A DNA stretch of 62,105 nucleotides, filler included, from Ionaspis alba (Eukaryota), in the NCBI GenBank assembly GCA_964255285.1. It is 13 parts of 13 records of this genome, joined end to end, with 100 filler letters (N's around TTAATTAATTAA, not from the genome) between each part and the next. Parts side by side here need not be neighbours in the genome. Positions count along the whole stretch, not along the records: positions 38,490 to 43,153 come from CAXUUL010001079.1; positions 43,254 to 47,908 come from CAXUUL010001080.1; positions 48,009 to 52,655 come from CAXUUL010001081.1; 10 more parts are not named here. One strand, written 5' to 3'. The position numbers and the translations under genes were made by a program. Shown piece by piece: positions 38,657 through 50,666 of the stretch. The notes under the pieces were generated by a model. That model was given only the letters and a program-made list of their open reading frames with translations, was not told the origin of the DNA and ran no database searches. Position 1 is the stretch's first letter; every line of letters starts with the position of its first letter.

Positions 38657-39373
38657 TTTGGCGATGCAGTTCGGTAATGGGTGATTGACAATGAGGGAGG
38701 ATCAACAAACGAGAGGAAAAAAGAAATGATTGACAGGTGGAATGGGGGAATTATAGACTCGAGCTGTCCTTTGCAAATTCAATCAGCCCCTCATGTTACT
38801 GCTCCGTGGTCAGAAGCTCGCGTGTTGGTGCGTAGACAGCCAGCACATGAAAAGAGCGATGAAGAAGCATTGGCCAGAATGTATGGCGTGCAGAAATCTT
38901 ATGCAATAGAGTTCATGTGCTCATTTTCTCGAGAAGCTTGCCGCAAGTCGATCACGAATGGCCAGGGATTTTTGCCATCGTCGACGCCTGTTCGCTGGAA
39001 GGATCGATAAGGGAAACGGGTTGAAGTGGCCATGTGCAGATTTAGTTGCGATGATGGTTCGACGGCGCCAGTCAGAATTCAGGTTTGACTGGAAGGGGAA
39101 GAAGAGTGGGGGAGTTCAGTCCCGAAGTGATAAGGCTCCCGCGGGATAAATATAGCCAATTTGCCGTTTCGAGCAATCCTTCATCTCGTCTCGAATGGTA
39201 AAGATTGATTGAAGGCTTTGCCACTTCTGCCGTCATTTTATCATTACTGTGAGAAAAGACAGCCACGAGTGGCATGGGAAGGTTACAGTATACAAGAAAG
39301 TAGCTGATATAACGCAGGTTTTTTCACTATCATGCCTGTCGCGTGAACGGGTTAGTCAGCTTTGCCGCCTTTG

Positions 39374-39557
39374 TTGAGGCCGAGGTGGAGTACTTAAATC
39401 GTTGCCGAGACGTAACAACTACAATTGTTGGCAAGCGGACGACCCCGGGGGCTACCCGCTAACTTCAGCTCCCTTAGAACAGTGGCGGTAACCCCCTGTG
39501 GCAACTATTGTGGCAGTTATGCTTCGGCAACCATTTAACTCCCCGCCTTGGGCTTAA
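39374..39557. repeat. Long imperfect inverted repeat (fold-back; MITE-like or hairpin RNA)
   Basis: Left arm GAGGCCGAGGTGGAGTACTTAAATCGTTGCCGAGACGTAACAACTACAATTGTTGGCA..GGGGGCTACC aligns to the reverse complement of the right arm, AAGCCCAAGGCGGGGAGTTAAATGGTTGCCGAAGCATAACTGCCACAATAGTTGCCACAGGGGGTTACC. Confidence 0.8.
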
Positions 39558-39638
39558 ATCGGCTCCTCTCATGCATCACTCGAGCTGTTTATTCTAAGGT
39601 ACAAACGAGCTGTCTCAAACGCCAAATGAATCTGTACC

Positions 39639-41486
39639 TCAATGAATGCGGAACTCCTTAACGGGAAATGGCAGTTCGTCCTTGTGCAACTTTTCTAACC
39701 AAGTTTTGTCGCGTGGGTTCCACGCTGGATCAGCAGCCATCTTGGCCTCGATGAAGCTTTCTCCATCCATGAAACCGTGCACATAACAATCAGCAACAAA
39801 TGTGTAACTATCAGAGTCCCCGACGCGACGAAGCACAAATGGCATGTCGCCTCCAAGTAGCATGGCGATGATATCTCCAGGCTGAATCGTGCTCGCTGCC
39901 ATACCTAGCTTTCCGCCTTCAGTAACGAGGATTGCACGGCTATCTCTCATCCTGACCATAGCATGTAGAAGCTTGCCATAGTTGATCTTTGCCTCTTCTC
40001 TATCTGACAACGCATTGTTTACGGTCTCTTCGTACTTGTCATGCGAATCTGGTCGCCATCTCGTGATTTCATCCCTGCCTTCAAAGGCCGTGGTGTCGAG
40101 AAACCATACTCGGCGTAAGGCTCGTTCCAACGACTCATTTGTTGGACTGTAGAGCTTCTGCAGCTGCTCTGGGGAGTCAAACATTGCACTGACCCATTGC
40201 TCTAGATCCCTCGCCTCAGACGGGTGCGTCGCTTTTATTATATCACAATAGCTCCCCCAGACAGAGAGAACTTTATAGTCAGCCGACAATTTCGCAGTCA
40301 AGCGTGAGGACCCTGTGGCACGATATTGAAAGGTTGGCGATACACTGAGAAGGTCGCGTCCTTGTCCCATCTTAATCCGCCAGTCCGGAACCCATGTGGA
40401 TAGATCTGACAGCCGTCGATCCCGTTCGAGCTCGCGTAGTATTGACAAGCCGCCCTGTTGGGACATGATTTGCCATGTAGATCTGGCAAAGACTTTTTCG
40501 AAAGGTTGGTCATAGTCAACCTTGATGTTGGGACAATCCCGTGCAGCCCCAAGCAACGAATATACCAGGTCACATGGGTACTTGCAGCCCGAGCCTCTTC
40601 TCAATTTCAGTATCTCACTAAGCTTCAACCAATGTTTTTCTCGTTTCCAGAAGTTTTCGCCTCCGAGCATTGGCATAGCATTCAGGCATTCAACTCCGTA
40701 TTCACGGAGAAGACCAGTGAGTTGGCGGAGTCGGAAGATTGAAATACACGCGCGCCTTAGCTGCATGCTATCCCACAGCTTCTCGCCGCGATGAAAGGTC
40801 GCCTCCTTGGCAAGAAAGCTCTCTTGCCATGTCCAAGCTCTGAAAAACCACGGACTACGGAGCAGCTCCAGAAGCGCATGGTACTCCGGTGATTCCAGAT
40901 GTGGGAGGCCGAGAGACTGGTGAAGCTTATCGGGATTGGACCGAGTGAGTCCAAGCCATTCATTGTATCTAGGGGAGTTTGGTGGTAAATTTTTGAACTT
41001 TTAGTCCTCGATCTCGTCTATTTTTTGATATGCATCGCTCAACCGGTCAATACAGACATTGGCCTTGGCCGTGCTCTCCAAGTCGGGACCGTCACCTAGC
41101 CAGACAAGAACCCGGGATGCTTGGCGATATATCTCACCCATCAACGGGACTTGCAAGTTTTTTTCCTCTATATCATTTTGATTGATACAGATACTGTCGA
41201 TCCATAGAACTCGAAGTGATGAGGGATATCGCAAGCGCCGCAATGCAGCTGCAAGGTTCTTGGTGATACATAGCTGCCTGTCCTCGTGCTGTGTACCAAT
41301 CTGAATGGTTGGCTTATCGTTCTCGTCTCCCCAGACATAGGAAAGTGCTTCGTAGACGGACTGAGCCTCGAGAGTCGTGGTTATAATATTGCATCGCAAC
41401 GTATCTTCCGCGATACCCCCTTCAAGATTGACCAGACGGATTGCAGTAGACGATGGGAGCTTATCATACTCGTAAGCTGTTGGCAT
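39639..41486 (-). pseudogene. HET-domain (HET-6-like heterokaryon incompatibility) gene with one in-frame premature TAA at 41001-41003
   Basis: YEALSYVWGD...LWIDSICINQ.D..EK..QV.LMGEIY..A..VLVWLG * ...PWFFRAWTWQE...DLVYSLLG...TWVPDW...GDIIAMLLGGDMPFVLR...ADCYVHGFMDGE. All of it lies in one frame. Confidence 0.85.
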
Positions 41487-42026
41487 TATCCTGAGAGTGA
41501 CTTTACGCCGCAATACGGACTCAGATAAAGGCCACCGACCATAGAAGAATTTCGCTCGTTATAGAGAATGAGAATCTGTACGTTGCTACTGAAGTAATAT
41601 AAAGGTTATGGTAGGAATAAGTTCGATATGTAGGCGCAATAATACATTCTACTTCTTTGGGCCGCAAGGTTACAGACTCAATATTGTCGCGAACCTATGG
41701 GCGGGGGGAAGAACTTGGGCTCGCGGAGCCCCACGTAGTACAGCTACAAGCTCCTAACCTCCACGTCACGCTTAGGAGATCGATAGAGGTTTCTATATGG
41801 ATTTAGACGCAACACAAAGAGGGAAAAGCACGTAGAGAATGGACACAGCCTGACACTCTGGGGGCTTTCCGCACAGATGGTCGATTAAAGACCATGCTGA
41901 ACCAGATGACAGGCTGTATTCTTTTCTTAGGAAAAGGGGTCTGTACATTTGCGTCCTGCCAAATCCAAGGCTAGAAGTATGAATACAACATTCTGTTAAA
42001 GCAAGTATATAACCACAGCTCTGTCC

Positions 42027-43153
42027 TCACACATCATGCGTCGCGTTCTTGCTGCGATGTCGGATTCATCCACCGCACTGACAGAAATCAGCAGACTTCG
42101 AATGTATAGAAAATGAGGGCTCACGTAGAATAATGTGAATGGTATGGGTATAAAGAATATCGACAGTCCGCCCAGCAGGGAGTTTCCAGGGCCGATCCCC
42201 AGATTGCGAAATAGAGCTCGTGCCTGTTGAACAACTGGTCAATGTCAGGCCAAGATCACACGTGATTAGCAACTTACAAAGAGCGGAAATACCACGCCAC
42301 ATGATGCCCTGAAAAGTGCATTCCCTGCGAGTACCGATGCTGCGTAGTGTGGATAGGCCATACCCAGGTAGCTGAGTACCGGCATGAACAGCGTGATTAT
42401 GCTGACGGTAAATGAGCCAGATCCCATGAGAGGCACCATCCAGTGGATACTCGGGCGCGACGTCCAACCGTACCAGGATAGACAAATCGGAAGAGCAAAG
42501 GCTCCGGAAAATGTCAGAGGGAGAATCATCTCTGGCTTGACAGGCGGCTTGCGGAGCTGTGGAACGGTATATTTACGGATCCAGAATAGGTAGCAAGGAA
42601 CTGCAATGACCCCGCCGACAAATATGCCCAAAAAGACCAATCCCTGTTGGCCAGTGTTGGTGTTGAACCCATAGATGTCCCCATAGACGAGAGGGAACGA
42701 TTCGAACCATAGATACAACACCCCATACAGTAGCGCACTGTATAGGTCCACGAAAAAGACAACAGGCTCCGAGAACGTCAACGTGAACGCTCTGCCCAAG
42801 ACGACAAGATGATCCTTGGCCGTCACGTCTTCGGCATCAATCTCTGACTGGCTCTTCAGCATGGAGTGGCCTGTCACCTTCCTCAGCCGCTGCGTCCTCC
42901 TGTACAAGATGTTGGCCGGGTTTGTCTCCGGCATGAGGAAGAAAAGAAACAATCAGCACAACCGAGCACAGCTATGCAAGCTCCCAGATGGTCCAACGCC
43001 ACCCTTCCGCCTGGGCCGCAAAGCCGCCCACAAGCGCCGAAGATGCCGATCCAATACGCAACCTCTGCTGGCGCATACATATCTAAGATGGTAGCGCCCC
43101 CAGTGGCAAGGACAGGTCCGCCGAAGAAGCCGGCCAGGAATCGGAATGTGAGG
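42027..43153 (-). pseudogene. Decayed MFS DHA1-type multidrug transporter; 5' part cut by spacer
   Basis: RFLAGFFGGPVLATGGATI.DMY...GWRWTIWELA*L (TAG at 42972-42974)...MPET...LYLWFESFP...YAASVLAGN. Frameshifts lie near 43030 and 42950, and a further stop in GG*IRHRS at 42066-42068. Confidence 0.82.
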
Positions 43154-43253
43154 NNNNNNNNNNNNNNNNNNNNNNNNNNNNNNNNNNNNNNNNNNNNTTA
43201 ATTAATTAANNNNNNNNNNNNNNNNNNNNNNNNNNNNNNNNNNNNNNNNNNNN

Positions 43254-46084
43254 CCCTTACCACCCCCTCGATCCCGAATCGCGGCACAAACACCACCCCC
43301 CCGTTCGAAAACACCCGCATCACAAACCCTTCTTCCTCAACCACCCGCCCCTTCAGCGCCTGCCCAACATAATACTCGACACTGGCCCGTCCCGCCATCT
43401 GCGCATTCCGATGCCGCACATTGATGTTTCGACAGACTCCTTCTAGCTTCCCTTTGCTCACTAGACTCGCATGAAGCGGCTCGTATGCAATGGCCGCCGC
43501 TAGCTGTCGATGAGCGACCAGATCCGCATATCGCCGAATGGGCGATGTGAAATGCGTGTAGATGGGCGATGCGAGTCCGTAATGGCGGAACTCTGGGTAT
43601 GATTGTGTCCCCGCTGGAAAGTACTCGGCGGACATCATGCAACGGGTTGCCAGGATGCGGACGAGGGTGTTGAAGAAGGGCTCCCGCGTATCGACGCAGG
43701 TGTCTAGAGAGGTAGCGAGAGCTTTGCTGGAGTCGGTTTGGAGCTCGAGACCGCGCTTCAATTTCAGCTGGGTGGCGAGCTCTTCAAAGTTGCTTTTTGG
43801 AGGTGCGGCGTGCCGGCGGAGGAGAGCAGTTTGTGGGAACGAATCGTAGATTTTTGCGGCGACGGAAATGTTGGCCAAAAGCATGAATTCTTCGACAAGA
43901 GAGTTTGTTGCCAGTAGGGCTTTGGTTTTCACATCGATGGGGTCTGAGGTCTCGGATTCGGCTTCGATGCGGACTTCGGGACTGGCGAGATTGAGGGCAC
44001 CTGCGTCCATACGTTTTTGCCGGAGGAGCTTGGAAAGGGTGAGGAGGGTGCGCATAGATGTTGTTAGAGCATCATTTTGTGATGCGTCATCGATGCGCAA
44101 TTGAGCCTGCTCGTAACTGAAAGCCTCGCGGGAGCGGATTACGGATTTGGTGAAGATCGTGTTGATGATTTCGGCGGAAGGCGTGATTTCCCAGAGCACG
44201 GAGAAGGCGTAGCGCTCGATGTAGGGTTTGAGGGAGCAGAGATCAGTGCCCAGAAGCATGGGCAGCATATCGATGCGCTTGTCCACAAGGTAGACGGTTG
44301 TGCCTCTCATGCTTGCTTCGGTGTCCATTGCGTTGTTCGGTTTGACGAAGTGAGAGACATCTGCGATGTGTACCCCAATTTCGAAGTTGCCGTTGGGTAA
44401 AGGCCGAGCGTGAAGGGCATCGTCGATGTCTTGACATCCCACAGGGTCAATACTGCAGACTAGTAGGTCTCGCAGGTCTTTTCGTCCTTGCCAGCCTGGA
44501 TCGTCCGTGCTCTCGGGTACTTTCCAATCGTGGCCTTGCTGTGGTAGGCAGTCAAGTACAGCTTTAGGGAATGGTCTATACTGCACATCGTACTCCAACA
44601 ATAGAGCTTCAGTCTCCGCTCCCTTTGATTCTAGTTCTCCCAATGATCGGACGAAATGTCCCACAGGATAGCGAGAGTCTCGCTCCCACGAATCGATAGT
44701 GACTAGAACTCGCTTGCCCATGAGTTCATCGGCCTGGCGCGTTCGGACTCGTATTTTAGGAATTCGTTTGTCCATTGGTACCAAGAACACGGTCTGTTGC
44801 TTGCGTCCGTGTTTTGCTCCCGAGCTGGAACTACTATCCACATGCCCGACATACTGACGCCAGTTTCTCTTCACAACACCCACGACTCGAGCGGTAGGCT
44901 GTGCTCGACCTTCTTTGCTCTTCCCATGAATCTTCTTCACTTCTTCTTGTAAAGCTCGTCGTTCCTGTTCAGTCACAATAGCTTCTCCGTCTTCGGCATC
45001 CGCGTTCTCGTTCTTATTCAAAGACTCCTCGTCGATGATCTTGGTTGATGGGCTTTTCCACTGTGATTTAGGGAGCACTTCCACAACCACAACATCACCT
45101 GACACTGCCCTATTGCTGTTGTCACGACCCAATATGAGCAAGGACTTTTCGAATGCCGGGACGTGAACAGAGCCTTCCAGATAGTTGTAGGTAGAAACAT
45201 TGAATATTCCTTGATGCAGCGTTCCAGCCTTGATTCCAGTATTTATCTTGGACATGGAGAAATACTCCGGGTAAAAAAGTTCCAATTTTCCATCTCTTGA
45301 ACTTTGCCCTGTTCTTGATGAAGAAATCATATCAAGGAGACGATCTGCATCGTCGAGCTGAGAAACATAGTCCGTCAGAGAAGACGCTGCGAGCTTCTCG
45401 GCTTTGGCCTTCCGTAGATTCTCTTGATCGTCGCTAAGCATGACAATAGCAGGGCAAGATTTTCTGCCACTGGCTTGCGCGGCCTCTTTCAAGTGCTCTC
45501 CGTACCACTTAACAGCCCTTCTTACAGCTCTATCATTCCGATCGTTGATGGTCTCGCCTTGGTCCCGCACAACGTACGTCTCTAGCCGGAACTCGTTGAA
45601 AAATACGTAAAATCTCTTTTCTTCACTCTTGGTAAGACCAATTAGTCGATTGTAAAGAGGCAAAGACCGATTTTTCAGCTCCTCGAGGACTGTCTGTAAA
45701 ATTATCATATCGTAGAAGGCGGATGTTTGTTCAAACAGATCCATAGCATTCAGCAAAGCATTGGTATCAGGAACGAGATAGTGACCATTAGGAAACACCT
45801 TCGTACTGGAAGGGCGGTCAGAAAGCACAAACGGAGAGACTAGAGGAAATTAGATATGTATATGATCTTGACAAAACGGATGATCTACCATTGCCGTTCG
45901 CATCTGCAGGCGCGTCGGACAGACAAGCAGAACACAATCTAGAAGAGCACGGTATATCTTGTCTTAAGTACAACTCTCGGACAATCTTTTGCGCTCTACC
46001 ATTTTTGGTAGATCTCACGAAGACCTTACTTGATATGTTGGATGCATGTGGGTCGGCAGCCAGAGATCTCTTTAAGCTTGTCAT
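43254..46084 (-). CDS. DIS3: Exosome catalytic subunit Dis3/Rrp44 (PIN + RNB); 3' end cut
   Basis: KIVRELYLRQDIPC...PDTNALL...INDRNDRAVR...SIDPVGCQDIDDALH...VHIADVSHFV...RHYGLASPIYTHFTSPIRRYAD. Confidence 0.98.
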
Positions 46085-46385
46085 AGTTCTTCCTCGCTGT
46101 ACGGAGGCACTATTCGGATAGAGTAATTATTGGAAGTATTATTTTACTTCTCGCTGAAAGGATTATATGCAGATTTACTAGTGATGTTTTTCGCAATGTT
46201 CTCAAAGTGGTTAGCGGCAATCCGAGGACTGGAGAACGATGACGCTCCAACAATTGAGAGCTCGAAGTGGCAGAAGCGATCAAGCCAACAACGACGGCTT
46301 TCTTCTGTACTTTCAATAATTGGTAGCTGAACTTGGACCTCTCCTGATCTTCGTATCGCTCTCAGGTAGAGCTTCCCAAGTCGTA

Positions 46386-47908
46386 ATGTCTCTCGACCCA
46401 CCAACCTACCTCAACTCCCTCCAAAACAACATTAGAGCTCGACCTATTCCTTGGGAAGGTGCCGTACGGGCTGGGACAATCACAGACCAGGATCTGAAAA
46501 GAATAAAGGCCGTCGACAAAGTCCGAAAAGAGCAGAGAAAACTGACGGTCGAGGCAGATTTAGGAGCTTATCAGTCGTTGCTGTTGGGTGGAGACAATGG
46601 AAGGAGTGTCCTGGAGTCAGCTGCCAAGAGAGGAGATGTGGTTCAATGCATACTGGTCCTGACTGGAGACCTACTCAATGGTAGGGTCATTATATCGAAA
46701 GAACTATAGGGAGACTGGAGAGCTAATCCAGCCTTCAGACGCCCCAAGTCTATCCTCCTACCTCCTCGATCACCCCGATCCCTACAAGCCATTCCTGCCG
46801 CTTCTTACCTACTCGTCCAATCCAGAGGACCCTATACCACTTCTCACTTCCTCTGTGCTTGCCAGCCTCATATCGACTGCCCAAATGAAGTTCCCTAAAT
46901 CCACACCCAAGACAGACGAGGCTCTTCCGAAGTTGTACAAATATCTCGCGGGCCTTACCAAAAGTCAAGATAGTGGACTCCAAGACATTGCTGTGCAAGC
47001 ATATTCTACTGTCTTACGAACGAAAAAGTCCCGCGAGCTGTTCTGGAAACAACGTGACGAGACCATCACACCACTCATGGATATCCTCCGTGCTGCTGCG
47101 GGTGCTGGTAAAGACACAGACTCAACGCTTTGGTCAGGTGGAGCTAGTGTTCGAAGTGCCACAGAGGCTGGTCTTGGTGGTGGAGTCGGACTACAGTTGC
47201 TGTATCATGTCCTACTTGTCATCTGGCAGCTCAGTTTCGAAGGTAGTCTGATAGGGAAAGAGCTCGAAAAGTGGGTTTCTCCTATCCATTGCTCATACAC
47301 CCTACTTATCAGCATTTCAGAGAACACGAGATCCTCGCTCTATACACATATCTCCTACGCCTCTCGCCAAAAGAAAAGACAACCCGCCTGCTTCTTTCTA
47401 CAATCCTCAACATCCTCACACCCAGCTCCAACCGCTCCAAGCTCCTCCCAATCGCAGTGTCTGTCCGCCTACCAAACCTCCTTTCGAACCTCAAAGGCCG
47501 CCATCTTACCGACCCCGACCTTTTGGAGGATCTTAAAACACTAACAGAGATGCTCTCCGATTACACCAGCTCCCAAACCACGTTTGACGAATACGAAGCC
47601 GAAGTCCTCAACGGCCATCTTCGATGGTCACCACCCCATCGCAATGCCACCTTCTGGAGCGAAAACGCTGCGAAGATCCTTACAGAGAACAAATCCGAGC
47701 TGCCTAAAAAGCTCAAAGAGATCTTGGATAAGTCATGGGAGAATGATAAGCAGGTGCTTGCTGTTGCCTGCAATGATGTTGGCTGGCTGGTCAAGACATG
47801 CCCAGAGAAGAGGGGCTTGTTGGAGAATCTAGGAGTCAAGGCTAGAGTCCTGGAGTTGATGACGGATGCGGATGAGGCCGTTAGGTGGGAGAGTTTGAGG
47901 GCTGTTGG
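46386..47908 (+). CDS. VMA13: V-type ATPase subunit H; 3' end cut
   Basis: MSLDPPTYLNSLQNNIRARPIPWEG...LQLLYHVLLVIWQLSFE...KEKTTRL...FDEY..EV..GHLRWSPPHRN..FW.EN...LAVACND.G...VRWESL.AV. Confidence 0.96.
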
Positions 47909-48008
47909 NNNNNNNNNNNNNNNNNNNNNNNNNNNNNNNNNNNNNNNNNNNNTTAATTAATTAANNNNNNNNNNNNNNNNNNNNNNNNNNNNNNNNNNNN
48001 NNNNNNNN

Positions 48009-49078
48009 TCAGTAATCAAGTTGCGGAAAGCGCGTCAGAGACCGCTCACATCATCCCAAGGGCTACCAGCCATAGCAACGCAATGCTACGCAAGCCGCGA
48101 CCCAAGAGCATGATCGTCATGACTCCGCAGCACAAATCAGCAAGTAATCACTCGACCCAAACGGTCGGCGCAATCACTGTTGATGGCCGAAAGCTGTCCG
48201 GCGGACATACCCAGGGCACCGTTGCCCCCCAAGTTCAGAGACCTGACTTTTCCACCTTACAGAATCACTTCACACCCCAGCGTACGGTCAAGCCCCCGAC
48301 CTCGTCGTTCCTCGCTAAACCTTCAACGGAGCAAAGGCTGGCAGAGAAATCAATCCGTGAGAAGTCCGAAGCGAAGCTTGCCCTCCTACACCTCCACCTC
48401 GTACACCGCGGCTCCGCTTCAGTCCAGGAGCAATGGAAGTCGAGTGCTAAGAGTAGTTATAGCCGGCGATTTGAAGGTCTGGCAACCTCCCACAAGGATC
48501 TTCTCCTCAGAGAAAGTAGTCTTCAAGAACAAGTAAATGTCGCTGCCATTATGGCCTGGTGTCGCGGAACTGCCAACTCGCCGATCGACCGAAACATTCG
48601 CCAGCTGTCAGCCGTTGTCACCGAAGTGTGCGACCTTTCGGTAGTCAATGGCAAATACACCGGAGTGATTCAAGATTTTGAACATTGGCACTCAAGAGCT
48701 TCGAGGACACGGGAACTCCGGAACGGATCTCATTACAATGCTAGCAGCTACGTTGACGTGATCGAAGGAATTGGCGATGGCTGGAAAGCAGAAGCTGCAT
48801 TGCTGAATACGAAGCTTGTCTCATGCGCCGAAACCCTGCAGAAGCTGGGTCACGTTCCTACCGGATCTGACCTCGCTCGATGTCTCAATGTATTGTCTAT
48901 GGCAGTGAATAACATGCTTGCAGAGCTCGACATAATCCAGGCCATCGAAAGTCAAATGGTTGAACAGGAGGAAATTTGGATTAAGACCTCGATCAATCAC
49001 ATAGCCGTCGATCTGACCCATGATCTTGCGGCAGCTATTGCTATTGACGTTGGTCCTGGACGATATTCTAGAAGATGA
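48009..49078 (+). CDS. Conserved-looking hypothetical protein (basic disordered N-region, helical C-region); probably 5'-truncated
   Basis: Frame is open from the spacer through 331+ codons: RPDFSTLQNHFTP...LLHLHLVH...QWKSSA...IGDGWKAE...MLAELDII..IE. Confidence 0.7.
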
Positions 49079-50666
49079 ATTAAAGGAAGAGTTTAACAGA
49101 TACTTTCTACAGCTCAGGTCGTCTACAAAAACAGACCACTCTCATGCATTGTTCTGAACAGAAATGCGCTAAATTTATAAGCATTAGAGGGTCTATAACG
49201 CTAAGACCCTACGCAATACTATATGGATCCTTCGGCGCGCCAATTGCTTTGGGAGCCAACACAGATCCTTCTCGGCCTTGGACAATGCTCGGACGCGTGG
49301 CTAGAGCTACCATGAGCACGTTCACTGGCTCGCCTGAGGCATCAGAAGCTTGTTTGCTTGACTAACGTGACACCAGAAGTTATGTAACCTGTCTGACTAA
49401 GCCTTCGACAGTGCAGGAGAGGCCGGAGGAGGCGCACCTTGGGCGCCTGAGATCCAGCCTAAAATGCAAGGCCGGCAACCGCCGTGACGCCGACATGTTT
49501 CGAAGCTGGATTTGTGTATCGAAGTGGGGCCGGTTGCAGGCAAAAGGAGAAACGATCGGGGTTAAAACGTCCGCTGACGCTTCGTAAACGTTTGGCTGAG
49601 TAAGACTCGGGCATTATTGTTCAGTCAGGCTTGGACCATCACATTTAGTTGGCTCGGTGGAAGCCGTCTCGTGCGGTTTTCAATGCTCTGATTGGCATGA
49701 ACAATCTGCGGAGCCAGTCCCTGTTGATTCGCTGGATGAGTTGGTCCATGAGGGTTTGGAGTCGCGGAGAATGCAAGAGTGGGGACACAACATGGCTGTT
49801 CAGCTTCTGACTTTAGATATACCAAGTATCTCCTTAGTTGAGTAGTAATCAGTCGCTTTCGGCCATGGCCTGATAGATAACGTTTCTGCTGTTGTGTGAT
49901 ACTAATCCTTGGTCCACAACCGAGAATCCTCTTCCAATGCAGGGAAGGATGACTATTTTAGTAATGCCATGAGGTGCACGACTCTCCCGCATAGCGTCCC
50001 CGATGCTGCAGTAACACAAAGAATTGGTAACACTATGCAGACCCGACCAAAGAAGACATCCACAGCTCTTCCATGGCTCCGTTGAAGTTGCGCCAACGTC
50101 TATCCAATATCCTGTTTCGATATTTATGCAGAAGAAGTGCAGTCTTATCAGAAGCGAGGAATTTGTAAGCACGGAATATCTGTAGATCCCGGATTACCTT
50201 GCCCGCGCTAAGGGAATTGTGCATCGAAGTAGGATTCCACTGGTCCTCAGGAGACCTTGACTTGCTCTTGATATTACGTACCGACAACAGCGACATGATC
50301 CATTTATCGTCCCCCCAGGACGCATTCTCTGCCCATTCCCTTTTATCCGTAAGCCATTAACTATAGTTCAGCCGCCACGCAGCTCCCCCTTACTCCTTCA
50401 CTACCGGATCTTACCTCTGGCAGATGAAATCGGCATAGTATCACCGAGGTCTTGTCAACTTCGGGGCATTGTTATCATTACCCGTAAACACGAGTACCCA
50501 GCCTCCTTCACCGAGTGCGCGAGCCACAAGAGGTCAATGATGGCTTGACGACCGCTCACGCGCCTGTCTCCCTTTCCGAAAGTGCCGGTTTATAAGCACT
50601 CCGCGCCTCGGATGGAGCATTGGCGAAGGCACGAAAGACCATTGGAACCCATGCAGGGTGCGAGTG

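Noticed and set aside
39449..39470. TACCCGCTAACTTCAGCT resembling the 5' end of 28S rRNA (ACCCGCTGAACTTAAGC)
   Set aside because: Short, mismatched and without flanking rDNA similarity. It lies in the loop region of the inverted repeat.
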